DNA of 64,000 bases from Candidatus Cloacimonadota bacterium (GTDB lineage Bacteria > Cloacimonadota > Cloacimonadia > Cloacimonadales > Cloacimonadaceae). The stretch spans positions 4,582-68,581 of the forward strand of contig JAKOXG010000010.1 in assembly GCA_029781115.1 (NCBI GenBank), given 5' to 3'. Under the pieces are notes generated by a model. The model did not search any database. It was not told where the DNA came from and saw nothing but the letters and a program-made list of their open reading frames with translations. Position numbers and translations under genes: made by a program. This document shows, piece by piece, positions 45,499 to 55,546 of the stretch (position 1 is the stretch's first letter; every line of letters starts with the position of its first letter).

Positions 45499-48400
45499 TC
45501 ACTTAATTACGGCAAACTTGATGCGTGCGCTCTCATCCTTATTTGCCAAAGTTAGATAGTAGACCCCGTTGCCAAGCTTGTGGTCGATACTGAAGTCTCT
45601 CACCTGCGTGGCAGAGGCTTCGTAGCTGCGTTCCAGCACCAATTTGCCGGAGCTGTCGAATATCTTGATGGTGGTGGGATAGTTTCTCAGCATATCTGCT
45701 CTAACTCTGAGCGTGCTGCTCACCACGGGGTTTGGATATACGTAGATGCTCAGCTTTTTACCTGATGCTTGAGGGATGGCTTGCGTGCCCGTAAGTTCGC
45801 CGCATGAGCCATTTCTTTCTCCAGCCCAGAGTATGGGGTTTTCAGCATTGTTACTACAGTGATAGCTCAAGGCATCACCGCTCTGGTAAAACCAGTAGAA
45901 TTGCTGCTGTTGCGGCAAATAGTATAGATAGGGTGATTGCCTCTGGCCGGAAAGTCCCAAAGATAGCTCAGGATGATAGGTTGCATCCACACCGTAAGCC
46001 ATGTAGCCCATATCAGCAACAGGGATCTGCATAATGGGCAAAGAGTTTAGCTCCAAGGCGTAGACATGTTGCCGAGGAGCAAATTGTGTATCTGTGTTTG
46101 TGTAAGGAAAGCCTTGTCGCAAGGTGCCATCTGCAAGGGTGGCATATACCTTGTTTGCATTGCCCCAGAAGAGAATAGGAGCATCGTCATCGGTAGCCAT
46201 GATACCCAGTTGTGTGGGCAGGCTGGTTTCTATGTTTTTGAATATTCTGGTGAGATGTCCCTGAGAGATACTCCAGACATCACCGCCATTGGAGCACAGA
46301 TAGATGATGGATTCCAGGGTTTGAGCATCGGTAAAGGAGACCGGCTCATAATCACCAAAACTGTCTGTCAAAGTGTAGTTGGCCAAGACATCCATGTCTA
46401 AAGATAGTATAGATACCATGGAAGGCTGCAACACAACCAGCTTATCATGAGCAATGGCCATAGCTTTGGCATCCGGAATGGGAGCTATGGATATGATGCT
46501 GTCGTCCTGAATCTTCATCACATTTTGGCTTGTAGCCAAGTAGATGGCATCACCATGTGCAAGTGGCTTGAGTGTGCAAGGGCCTCCCAAGTCTATATCA
46601 GTGTAATCTAAAGTGTCGTTCCAAAACTCCACAATCCTCAGGCGATCTTCCAAGCAGAGGACGATTTCGTCATAGGGCTTATTGTTTTGCCTGCTTATGA
46701 TGGGCTCAAAAATGGGCTTGGAGCATTGCCAGGCAAAGTCGCCCATGAGGTTGAACCATGGATCTGACAGGGTGCTTAAAAGCCGGATGGCGTCGTTGGT
46801 TATCACCGGCACCATGTCCTGTCCAAAGCAGGTTTCCATCATGGGGGCTATGGTGGCATCAGGATTGATGTCTATGGTGTAGCTGTTTTCAAAGAAGCCG
46901 GCTGCCAGCTCAAAGCTCATCACTGGATTGGGATGACTGATATCCTTGAGCCAATACAAAGAAGGGACTCCACGGGAGTCGGTGAGAGCAGGTTTGGTGT
47001 GAGGGCCAAGTTCAGGCCTCCAAGGCGTTTGAGACCAGGATACAAATCCACCATTCCCGTCCAAGCGGGGCTTGCTCTTGTGGAAATATTCATAGGGAGT
47101 GCCCGTCCACCACCAAGACCATTCATTGCCGATATCATCCAAGCCGTCAGCTTCAATGACCTTCACGCCGCGTTTGCTGCGGATGGTGTTGACTGTATTG
47201 TTGTCAAAGTTGCTCACCCAGGTTCCATCCGAGTAGACCACACCCTGATTGTAGATGATGTCCTCATTGATATGCCAGGCGAGGATGCCGCCTCCCTCAG
47301 AATCACCGTTGGGCTTCAGGAAGGAAGGAAGTAGATAGTCATATTCATAGGAAGGGGAATTGTCTGGGTCATCAATGGGGCTGGGGTGGAGGATTACGCG
47401 CCCATCCAAAGCACTATAGACAGCCGTAGCTCCATCACCGTCAGGATCCACGCTGCGATTTTCCAGCAGGATATATTCATGTTCAGAGAGGTTCAGCTTG
47501 TAAATGGTAGGCTCAAAGTTGCCAGGAGGCTGCTTGTAGCTTGAGGCCGCCAAACGATGCTGCAATCCCAATTGCTCAATATTGATATCCTGCATCAGTC
47601 CCACGGCACGGAACTGATCCTCAAACAGCAGGGCACGTGAAAAAGCACCCGGCAAAGCAGGCAAGATCCCCTCTACATACACGTAGGAGCCATCATCCAA
47701 CATATCCACCAGGATGCCGGCTCCGCCGCTATCCATGATGTCAAATACGCCAACCATAGGCTGGAAGTTTCTGGTGTTGTAGAGGTCTACCAAGCCCAAG
47801 GAATGGCCAAATTCATGCACCATGACAGAGTTTATCGCACCATAGCCACTGTGGAAGGTTTCTCCTTCTTTGGTGCTGGTGGAGAAATCTTGGCTGATGG
47901 TGGCAGGGACGTTGCAGGCATGACAGATGAAGTGTGTGCCATTATCGACAGGCACGGCCTTGGATTCATTTACGTGGATGAAGAAGGAGGGGATGTCGCT
48001 GGGAGTGTCGCCGCTGGTATCATGTTGCCAATCTGAACCCGCATGAATGATCATGTAGTGATCGTAGGATGCAAAGTCAATCTCGGGGCATTGGGTATCC
48101 GCAAGGCTAAAGCTTTGATAGAAATACTCCTCCATGAGCGAGACAAACCGATCACCACTGGCATTGGGGGGATTGTAGTAGCCCATAGTGTTGGGAAGGG
48201 TGATAAAGCTGCCATCCTTTGGATATACATCATATTCCAGATCATATAGCCCAGCAGAGACTGCCAGGTAATAATGGCGAACCGCCTCCAGGTTGGCTTC
48301 AAAAAACTCCCTGTCGTGCGGAGGTGCACCGATGGAATAGATATAGTTGGGATCAGGCTCCAACTGAAACTGCCCATTGCCGGTGGTATTGGGATCATCC

Positions 48401-48672
48401 ACCACTTCCTCTTGAAACTGTACCAAGATCACCAGCAAGCGGTTGTAATTAGACGATTTCGCATCTGATCTGCTCAGCGGCTTGGATATCAGTTGCTTGG
48501 TATGCGGATGCCGTTTTGGCTTGGAGAAAGCTTCAGCTCTCAGCAAGACCAGCTTCTGGCTCCCAAACGCAGAAAGCGGCACCAAGCCTATGCATAAGAT
48601 AAGCAGAATGATGCCGTATATAAAGCTCCCCGGAGCGCAAAGCAAGCTCCGGAGGCTGAAATGGTTTCTCAT
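45499..48672 (-). CDS. Peptidase M6 (immune inhibitor A-like) zinc metalloprotease with T9SS C-terminal sorting domain
   Basis: Signal anchor, VMVHEFGHSLGLVDLY zinc site typical of M6, and CTD VYPNPVVSSTLRV...GVYYLTLANKDESARIKFAVIK. Confidence 0.8.
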   Translation of the reverse strand: MRNHFSLRSLLCAPGSFIYGIILLILCIGLVPLSAFGSQKLVLLRAEAFSKPKRHPHTKQLISKPLSRSDAKSSNYNRLLVILVQFQEEVVDDPNTTGNGQFQLEPDPNYIYSIGAPPHDREFFEANLEAVRHYYLAVSAGLYDLEYDVYPKDGSFITLPNTMGYYNPPNASGDRFVSLMEEYFYQSFSLADTQCPEIDFASYDHYMIIHAGSDWQHDTSGDTPSDIPSFFIHVNESKAVPVDNGTHFICHACNVPATISQDFSTSTKEGETFHSGYGAINSVMVHEFGHSLGLVDLYNTRNFQPMVGVFDIMDSGGAGILVDMLDDGSYVYVEGILPALPGAFSRALLFEDQFRAVGLMQDINIEQLGLQHRLAASSYKQPPGNFEPTIYKLNLSEHEYILLENRSVDPDGDGATAVYSALDGRVILHPSPIDDPDNSPSYEYDYLLPSFLKPNGDSEGGGILAWHINEDIIYNQGVVYSDGTWVSNFDNNTVNTIRSKRGVKVIEADGLDDIGNEWSWWWTGTPYEYFHKSKPRLDGNGGFVSWSQTPWRPELGPHTKPALTDSRGVPSLYWLKDISHPNPVMSFELAAGFFENSYTIDINPDATIAPMMETCFGQDMVPVITNDAIRLLSTLSDPWFNLMGDFAWQCSKPIFEPIISRQNNKPYDEIVLCLEDRLRIVEFWNDTLDYTDIDLGGPCTLKPLAHGDAIYLATSQNVMKIQDDSIISIAPIPDAKAMAIAHDKLVVLQPSMVSILSLDMDVLANYTLTDSFGDYEPVSFTDAQTLESIIYLCSNGGDVWSISQGHLTRIFKNIETSLPTQLGIMATDDDAPILFWGNANKVYATLADGTLRQGFPYTNTDTQFAPRQHVYALELNSLPIMQIPVADMGYMAYGVDATYHPELSLGLSGQRQSPYLYYLPQQQQFYWFYQSGDALSYHCSNNAENPILWAGERNGSCGELTGTQAIPQASGKKLSIYVYPNPVVSSTLRVRADMLRNYPTTIKIFDSSGKLVLERSYEASATQVRDFSIDHKLGNGVYYLTLANKDESARIKFAVIK

Positions 48673-48695
48673 CAGCTTAAAGGCCTACTGTGTGA

Positions 48696-49724
48696 TTAGA
48701 AATCGAAGCCTACTGAGAAGATTTTGTTATAGTCTGCGAGGTCTCCCGCTACAATCATGCCAAAATCTGCAGTGAGGCGATAGCGATTGTCAAACTTGTA
48801 TTCAATACCCACGCCAAAGCTGGGGCCTACTATTTCGCCGGCATGATCTGCAAAGTATCCGCCGCGAAGGGAAAGAAGCTGCAGGTAAGTGTATTCAATA
48901 CCAGCGCCAAAGATGGTTTCATCTATCGGATCCCAGCCGGAAATGAAGCGTGCCAGGAGAGCATCTTCATTGGCGAGGATTTTGCTTGCTTCGACGCTTA
49001 AGGTGAGCTTGCTGATGGGATCGTCAAGAGCGCGGTAAGCTGCTCCCAGTCTAACTGTCATGGGTGTAGGGCCGGATTGTTCTTCGTCAACGTGAGTTAC
49101 ATCCGGGCCAATATTTTGAATGGTTAGGCCAAAGTCCAAACCATCAGTAAAGATGTCCCGAGCTTTTGCACCCAAGTCAAAAGCAAAAGCCAATGCACTA
49201 CCGGCATCTTCTGTGTTACCTTGACCAGGTCCCAGATATTCGTAGGCCAGCTTGAAATTGGCTCCCACGCCCAGCTTTTGGGCTATCGCTTCATAGCTGT
49301 AGCCCACGGTCGTTGCAAAACCGAAGCTATGGAAGTCTCCCAAATAGTTGCCGGCTTCGTCAGTATTTGGCTGTGTTCCATAATCCAGCAAGGTGAGATG
49401 CACGTTGATATTGCCAATATCCTGGAAATACTGGTTCCAACCCAAGTATTCATAAAACAGGTCGTCGATATTTGTTCCTTGCAGCCAAGGTACGTGAGTT
49501 CCAGCCAACTGCGTTTTACGGTTGAATGCAGTGGCTCCAGGGTTCCACCAAGGGGCGTAAGCGTCATCAGCAACTGCTGTGTAAGCTCTCCCCATTGCAT
49601 TTGCACGCGCTCCGGGCTCAATTGTGAGAAAGAGCAGTGTACCTTGAGACATTCCTGCCATCGTGGCAGGAATTGCCAGCAGCATGGCCAAAGCCATGAG
49701 CACGATCGTGTTTCGTTTAAACAT
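48696..49724 (-). CDS. PorV/PorQ-family T9SS-associated outer-membrane beta-barrel
   Basis: Family signature FLTIEPGARANAMGRAYTAVADDAYAPWWNPGATAF, beta-rich, C-terminal VGFDF. ATG at 49724 follows a GGAGA RBS; the ORF-track start is 49742. Confidence 0.7.
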   Translation of the reverse strand: MFKRNTIVLMALAMLLAIPATMAGMSQGTLLFLTIEPGARANAMGRAYTAVADDAYAPWWNPGATAFNRKTQLAGTHVPWLQGTNIDDLFYEYLGWNQYFQDIGNINVHLTLLDYGTQPNTDEAGNYLGDFHSFGFATTVGYSYEAIAQKLGVGANFKLAYEYLGPGQGNTEDAGSALAFAFDLGAKARDIFTDGLDFGLTIQNIGPDVTHVDEEQSGPTPMTVRLGAAYRALDDPISKLTLSVEASKILANEDALLARFISGWDPIDETIFGAGIEYTYLQLLSLRGGYFADHAGEIVGPSFGVGIEYKFDNRYRLTADFGMIVAGDLADYNKIFSVGFDF

Positions 49725-49898
49725 TCGTTCTCCTATATTCATATTGTTCAGCCCGGCATACTAAACAAACCGGATAGTGGTTAAGATTATTTGTGCAAAG
49801 TGAAAGGAATGAAAACACCTTTCTATCATTGCGTAAGTCTCTCATTGTCGTATAGCTGCCTGAATGCACAATTACGGGACGTCTCTCCTTTTTTTTGT

Positions 49899-49985
49899 TG
49901 GTGCCGAAGGCCGGAATCGAACCGGCATGAGCCGAAGCTCGGTGGATTTTGAGTCCACTGCGTCTACCAATTTCACCACTTCGGC
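49899..49985 (-). tRNA. tRNA-Leu (anticodon CAA), long variable arm, encoded CCA
   Basis: Acceptor GCCGAAG/CTTCGGC, anticodon stem GTGGA/TCCAC with loop CTCAAAA, T-arm CCGGTTCGATTCCGG. 87 nt. Confidence 0.9.
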
Positions 49986-49998
49986 ACGCATAGGGTTC

Positions 49999-50026
49999 AA
50001 TATATGGAATGCAGCTTAATTGTCAA
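49999..50026 (-). promoter_or_regulatory. Sigma70-like promoter of tRNA-Leu(CAA)
   Basis: Minus strand TTGACA-N16-TATATT, ending 13 nt before the mature 5' end. Confidence 0.55.
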
Positions 50027-50177
50027 GCAAAAACTCACTTTTTACCCTCATTATCATGCGAGCTTTTAACTCAATTTGCAGAATATTAATACCGGTCACA
50101 GCATCGCATGATTGTGTAAGATAACATATAGCAGCCAATTTGATGTCACCCAGTATTACAGCACTCGCTTGAAGAGA

Positions 50178-51071
50178 TCATCTGTTCTGCAGCCAGTTAC
50201 TGGACAGGATGATAAGCAATCCGGCTACGGTCGCCCAATGGATCGGTTCCCCCAAGATGAGATAAATAAACAGCAGCGATACAAAAGGAGTGATAAAGAT
50301 CAAGTTGGATACGATGGCTGTATTCCTTGCTGTTTTGAGGGCATTGTTCCAGATCAGGAAGGTGAGCCCCATCTCAAATATCCCCACATAGAGAGCGCCT
50401 GCGATTCCCAGGGCGATCTTGCCCGAGGAGACAAACCAACCTTGCCCACCTGACGCCATCATCACCATGCTGTAGATAAAGATAAGAACAGAGCCTACCA
50501 GGAAGTTATACATCAGCTTCTGTGAAGCTTCACGCTGGTCTTTAAGGTTCAGTATCCAATAAAATGCCCAGATCACGGAGGTGCTGATGGCGATTGTCAC
50601 CCCCAAGGGATCATCGATCTTCATATCTGCAAGTCTCCCTTTGCTGGCGATCAGGAACACACCAAAGAAGCTAAGAGCGAGAGCCAGGAAGTCCAACTTA
50701 CGAAACTTCTCTTTAAAGAAGATCATACTGAAGATGGGCAACATGATAGCCCAAGTATAATTGAGCACCTGAGCCTGCTGCGCAGGCAATCGATCGTAGG
50801 CATAAAAGAGCATCAGATAGTAGACGAAGGGGTTGATCAATCCGGCGAGCAGGGACTTCTTTAAGTTTGATAATGGATCTGCAAAAGCCGACTTGCCTTT
50901 GGAAATGAGATGATATGCAGCCAGGAAGATGAAGGCAAAACAGGATGAGAAAAACAGCAAACCCAACGGAGTGAGGTGGCGCAGGGTTAGCTTGAATGCG
51001 GAGGCCACCGTACTCCAAAACAGGATTGCCAGTGCGGCATAGAGATAGGCGGGTTGCTGTTTGATCTTCAT
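50178..51071 (-). CDS. EamA/DMT-family transporter
   Basis: Ten hydrophobic helices in a two-repeat arrangement. 297 aa. Confidence 0.75.
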   Translation of the reverse strand: MKIKQQPAYLYAALAILFWSTVASAFKLTLRHLTPLGLLFFSSCFAFIFLAAYHLISKGKSAFADPLSNLKKSLLAGLINPFVYYLMLFYAYDRLPAQQAQVLNYTWAIMLPIFSMIFFKEKFRKLDFLALALSFFGVFLIASKGRLADMKIDDPLGVTIAISTSVIWAFYWILNLKDQREASQKLMYNFLVGSVLIFIYSMVMMASGGQGWFVSSGKIALGIAGALYVGIFEMGLTFLIWNNALKTARNTAIVSNLIFITPFVSLLFIYLILGEPIHWATVAGLLIILSSNWLQNR

Positions 51072-51139
51072 CTTTAAGGCAATAAAAAAGCCTGCTCTAT
51101 AAGGAGGGTATAGAACAGGCTATCTGTGTCTTGTCAGAT

Positions 51140-52225
51140 TTACATTTCTTTATAGATGTTTGAATACTTGGTTTCCAAGGTTTTGTTTTTGGTTGCTTTG
51201 GCAGCGTTGATGATCATCAACACGGCATCTTTGCTGGTGGGGTTGAGTTCATACCACTTTTCTGCCATGGTGATCATTTCTTCAGGGCGGTTCATTTCTG
51301 CCAAAAGGTAGGTAATCTCGCGCAGTTCTTCTTCGCCTTCATGTATGGCCAAGAGCTTCCGCATATATTCAAGTGCGAGATCGAAGTTTTTAATCTTATG
51401 GGCGATCACTTTTGCGTCAAACAGAGCGTCCGTGTTTTGGGGTTCAATGTTGAGCACCATCTGCAAGCTCGACAAAGCTTCTTCATACATCTCAAGCTCA
51501 AATTGACATGTGGCTATCAATTGCAGAGTGTTCACATCTGTGGGCTCTTTGACCTTCACTCTTTCATAAAATTCCAGAGCTTTGGCGTAGTCTTCCTTTT
51601 CATTGTAATAGAAGGCGCCCAAGTTCTTCAGCACTCCCACATCATCGGGATTTTTAGCATAGATTTCCATCAAAGTCTGTTCTGCAAGCTCGGATTTGGA
51701 TGGGTCATCGCTATAAACCTCATACATCATTCTCAAGGGTTCATCACGCTGGGGATCCATCTTGAGCAGCTTTTGGTAGATTTCGACGGCCTGTTTGGTG
51801 TTTCCATCAGTTCTTTCCTTTTCTGCGATCTGGAAGATACGGGTCCAGGAGCTGGTGCGCAGGTCTGTGAGTTCCTTGACTTCTCGGCGGTCTGCATCGG
51901 TGAAAGGATCAAAGCTATTGTAGGTTTCAATGGATTTGCTCACATAGTCAAAAGCCTTCGTGTAGTTTTCCAAAGCCGTGCCGGGAATCTGCTCTGCACG
52001 AGCGTAACTGATGCGCCCCATACGGTTCAAGGCTTCAGCATGTTCGGGACAATCTTCAAGTACGATGAGATAGTTCTTCTCGGCATCTTCGATGATTTTT
52101 TGACTGTAGTTCATGTTTGCTGTACGCAAGGCTACATTAGCCTTGGGGGACAGTTTCTGTCTGGGGCCTGCACATGCTGTGGTCAGCAGGATCACGGCCA
52201 AGACGATAATGGAAAGGTTTCTCAT
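51140..52225 (-). CDS. TPR-repeat lipoprotein
   Basis: Lipobox LLTTAC and multiple TPR repeats. The long antisense ORF 51341-52303 is rejected. Confidence 0.7.
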   Translation of the reverse strand: MRNLSIIVLAVILLTTACAGPRQKLSPKANVALRTANMNYSQKIIEDAEKNYLIVLEDCPEHAEALNRMGRISYARAEQIPGTALENYTKAFDYVSKSIETYNSFDPFTDADRREVKELTDLRTSSWTRIFQIAEKERTDGNTKQAVEIYQKLLKMDPQRDEPLRMMYEVYSDDPSKSELAEQTLMEIYAKNPDDVGVLKNLGAFYYNEKEDYAKALEFYERVKVKEPTDVNTLQLIATCQFELEMYEEALSSLQMVLNIEPQNTDALFDAKVIAHKIKNFDLALEYMRKLLAIHEGEEELREITYLLAEMNRPEEMITMAEKWYELNPTSKDAVLMIINAAKATKNKTLETKYSNIYKEM

Positions 52226-52587
52226 GCTTTATCTCCATATTATGTTTTTATAGACTCTATGATCCATTTTATCAAAGAGCCATTTAAGTCAAGCCTTTTG
52301 TGAGAAGACTCCATAATCCTTTTACACTTAGAGTGTTAAGAAAATGGGCTCTCGCAGAATACTCCAAGATAGAATCGAAGTATAAGACGTTTTATCCATG
52401 GTTTGCTCAAATCTGAGCCAATCCGGGGAGAGATGAACTTGCAGACTCCGATACAAATGCCTCAAGGCCGCATTGGAAGCTGTATCCTTAAATAGATACA
52501 TAAATTGATTGACGAAATATGGCACCTCAATTATTGGTGGACAAAATACACCTTTAATCTCGGCCAGTGAGCCGGAAAGGAGCTTAA

Positions 52588-53526
52588 ATGTCTGACACAC
52601 CTCAATTTTTAGGGCGTAACGTCTTTGACTTGGACGATTACAGCAGAGCCGAAATCCTCTATATTTTGGAGGCGGCCAAGGGCATGAAGGAGATCAACCT
52701 TCGTGAATATAAGAAAATCCCCACCCTCCGCGGCAAAACTATTTGCACACTTTTTGTGGAAAACAGCACCCGCACGCGCATGAGCTTTGAGCTGGCTGCA
52801 AATCGCTTAAGCGCGGACGTAGTGAGTTTTGAAGCCACTGTGAGTTCGCTTCAAAAAGGTGAGAGCCTACAAGACACTGTTTACACCTTGGGTGCCATGG
52901 GCATCGACCTCTATTGCATCCGCCACTCATCACCCGGCGCACCGCAATTGGTGCACAAATACTCCGGCAAACCTGTTATCAACGGTGGTGACGGCCGCCA
53001 CGCACATCCTACCCAAGCCCTCTTGGACATCTTCTCCATCTGGGAAAAGCTGGGTTCCCTCGATGGGCTCAAGATCACCATCGTGGGCGATATCTTGAAT
53101 AGCCGTGTCGTGCGGTCAAACCTCATCGGTATGAGGAAGTTAGGTGCTGAGGTCACGGTATGTGGCCCGCGCACGCTGATGCCTTCCGGGATGGAGGATG
53201 TCTATGGCTGCAAAGTTGAGTACAACCTCCCCCGTGCTCTCAAAGATGCCGATGTAGTGATGGGACTGAGGATGCAGATGGAAAGGATGACCGAAGGTCT
53301 TTTCCCCAGTTTGGAGGAATACAGCAAGCACTATGTGCTCTCCAAGGACACCATCAAATACGCCAAAAAGGATGCACTGATCATGCACCCAGGGCCGATG
53401 AACCGCGGCGTAGAAATCCTGCCAGAAATCGCTGATGGCAAGCAGAGCATCATCGTGGAGCAGGTAGCAAATGGCGTAGCGATTCGCATGGCTCTGATGT
53501 TTTTGATACTCGGCGGAAAGGCATAA
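52588..53526 (+). CDS. pyrB: Aspartate carbamoyltransferase catalytic subunit
   Basis: STRTRMSFE and HPTQALLD motifs. 312 aa. Confidence 0.95.
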   Translation: MSDTPQFLGRNVFDLDDYSRAEILYILEAAKGMKEINLREYKKIPTLRGKTICTLFVENSTRTRMSFELAANRLSADVVSFEATVSSLQKGESLQDTVYTLGAMGIDLYCIRHSSPGAPQLVHKYSGKPVINGGDGRHAHPTQALLDIFSIWEKLGSLDGLKITIVGDILNSRVVRSNLIGMRKLGAEVTVCGPRTLMPSGMEDVYGCKVEYNLPRALKDADVVMGLRMQMERMTEGLFPSLEEYSKHYVLSKDTIKYAKKDALIMHPGPMNRGVEILPEIADGKQSIIVEQVANGVAIRMALMFLILGGKA

Positions 53527-53537
53527 GGAGAAAAACC

Positions 53538-54815
53538 ATGAAAACACTCATCAAAAACGGAACCGTATATTTAGCAGGCAAGTTTCGCAAGCAGGACATC
53601 TTCCTGGATGGAACTCAGATTCGTAACGTATCATCCAAACTGGAGGTGAAGGCCGACAGAGTCATTGATGCCACAGGGCTGCACGTATTTCCCGGATTTG
53701 TAGACATCCATGCTCACCTTCGAGACCCGGGGCACACCTATAAAGAAGACATAGTTTCCGGCACCAAAGCAGCCGCTCACGGTGGCATCACCAGCGTCTG
53801 CGCCATGCCCAATACCGATCCGGTGGTGGACAACATCGCCTCGGTGGACTACGTGCAAAGGCGCGCCAAAGACTTAGGCTCTTGCAAGGTTTACGTGATT
53901 GGAGCCATGACCAAAAAGAGCGAAGGTCTGGAGATCAGCGAGATGGCCACCATGAAGTCTGATGGAATCGTGGCGGTATCGGATGATGGACAATGCGTGC
54001 AGGATGCCAAGATCATGCTCAACTGCATCCGCTATGCCCAAAACTTTGATCTCCCCGTGATCGTCCATGCCGAAGACTACTCTCTCAGCGGCAAAGGTCA
54101 AATCCATAGCGGCAAAGTCTCCACTCAACTCGGACTCCCGGGCATCAATGCTTTGGCAGAAGAAGTCATCATTATGCGCGACATCATGTTGGCAGAAAGC
54201 ACTGGCGCCAGGCTGCACATTGCGCATATCAGCACCGCAAAGTCGATTGAGCTGGTTCGTGCAGCAAAGAAGCGTGGTGTGCATGTCACCTGCGAAGTCA
54301 CGCCTCATCATCTGCTTTTGACTGATGAAGCCTGTTTGAGCTTCGATACCAACACCAAGATGAAACCACCTTTGCGCCCCGAGAAGGATAGACAGGCCTG
54401 TGTGCAGGCCCTTATCGATGGAACCATAGATTGCATCGCCACAGATCACGCTCCACATGCAGATTTTGAGAAGATCAAGGAGTTTGATCACGCACCCTTT
54501 GGCATCATTGGCTTTGAGACTGCCTTTGTGGCTCTCTATCACCATCTGGTCAAGCCCGGCATCGTGAGCCTGGAACGCATCGTCGAAGCCTACTCCCTGG
54601 CGCCGGCAAGTATTATGGATCTACCCAACAACGAGATCAAGAAGGGTAATCCCGCAGATCTAACCATCGTAGACCTCAACGGCGAAACCACCATCGACGA
54701 AGACTTTATCTTTTCCAAAAGCAAAAACACGCCCTGGATGGGACACACCTTCTCCGGGCGCATCAAATATACAATTGTGGATGGTAGAACCACTTTTGCG
54801 GACATCCAATCATGA
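53538..54815 (+). CDS. pyrC: Dihydroorotase
   Basis: DIHAHLRDPG metal motif, later HIAHIST and ATDHAPH. 425 aa. Confidence 0.95.
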   Translation: MKTLIKNGTVYLAGKFRKQDIFLDGTQIRNVSSKLEVKADRVIDATGLHVFPGFVDIHAHLRDPGHTYKEDIVSGTKAAAHGGITSVCAMPNTDPVVDNIASVDYVQRRAKDLGSCKVYVIGAMTKKSEGLEISEMATMKSDGIVAVSDDGQCVQDAKIMLNCIRYAQNFDLPVIVHAEDYSLSGKGQIHSGKVSTQLGLPGINALAEEVIIMRDIMLAESTGARLHIAHISTAKSIELVRAAKKRGVHVTCEVTPHHLLLTDEACLSFDTNTKMKPPLRPEKDRQACVQALIDGTIDCIATDHAPHADFEKIKEFDHAPFGIIGFETAFVALYHHLVKPGIVSLERIVEAYSLAPASIMDLPNNEIKKGNPADLTIVDLNGETTIDEDFIFSKSKNTPWMGHTFSGRIKYTIVDGRTTFADIQS

Positions 54816-55546
54816 TCACCAAAGACTCCTTGAAAGTGCTGGACGTTAGCAGTCCTGCACCCCAGTATGTGTGCCTCAAACTGGATGCTGGCAAACCCTT
54901 GCAAGGGCTGCTTCCAGGCATGTTTTACGAGCTGAGAGCACCCTCCCAAAAGGGAAGGCTTTTCAAGCCCATCAGCATCCTGGAAGTGGAAGAGAGCACT
55001 TTAAGCTTTTTGATCAAGGTCGTGGGAGCCGGAACCCAAGCTTTTACTCAACTGAAAGCAGGCGATAGGGTAGAGGCCATCGGCCCCTTGGGCAATGGCT
55101 TTCCCGGCATCGCTGGACGCAGGGTGCTATTGGTGAGTGGTGGCGCAGGATATCCTCCTCTGGCTTGGATAAAGCGCAAGTCAGACGTTGCAGGATTTTG
55201 CCTGCATCTGCATGGCTGCGCCAGTGCTGATGAGGCTTTTCCCTGTGACCTGCTCTACACGGATGATGGATCCCTGGGCTCCAAGGGCTTGGTCACCGAT
55301 TCGGTTGATTGCTTGATTGCAGAGCATAACATCGACCTTGTTTTCAGTTGCGGGCCTGTTCCCATGTTGGCCAAGCTCACAGAACTCTGCATGCAGATAG
55401 AGCACTATGTCTCCATGGAAGCTTATATGGCATGCGGGATTGGGGTGTGTCATGGCTGCGCCATCCCCGTTGATAAAGCTTTTAAGCTGGTGTGCAAAGA
55501 TGGCCCTGTCTTTGATGCCACCCAAATCAGATGGAGTGAGCTATGA
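54812..55546 (+). CDS. pyrK: Dihydroorotate dehydrogenase electron-transfer subunit
   Basis: FAD/NAD-binding fold and C-terminal 2Fe-2S motif CGIGVCHGCA. 4-nt overlaps with pyrC and pyrD. Confidence 0.9.
   Translation: MITKDSLKVLDVSSPAPQYVCLKLDAGKPLQGLLPGMFYELRAPSQKGRLFKPISILEVEESTLSFLIKVVGAGTQAFTQLKAGDRVEAIGPLGNGFPGIAGRRVLLVSGGAGYPPLAWIKRKSDVAGFCLHLHGCASADEAFPCDLLYTDDGSLGSKGLVTDSVDCLIAEHNIDLVFSCGPVPMLAKLTELCMQIEHYVSMEAYMACGIGVCHGCAIPVDKAFKLVCKDGPVFDATQIRWSEL

Noticed and set aside
52418-52436. ATCCGGGGAGAGATG upstream of pyrB as a PyrR-binding loop or pyrimidine attenuator.
   Set aside because: It only loosely resembles the PyrR motif. It lies upstream of the best promoter candidate (TTGACG-N17-TATTGG near 52519-52547). 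No anti-terminator/terminator pair follows, and no pyrR is in the window.
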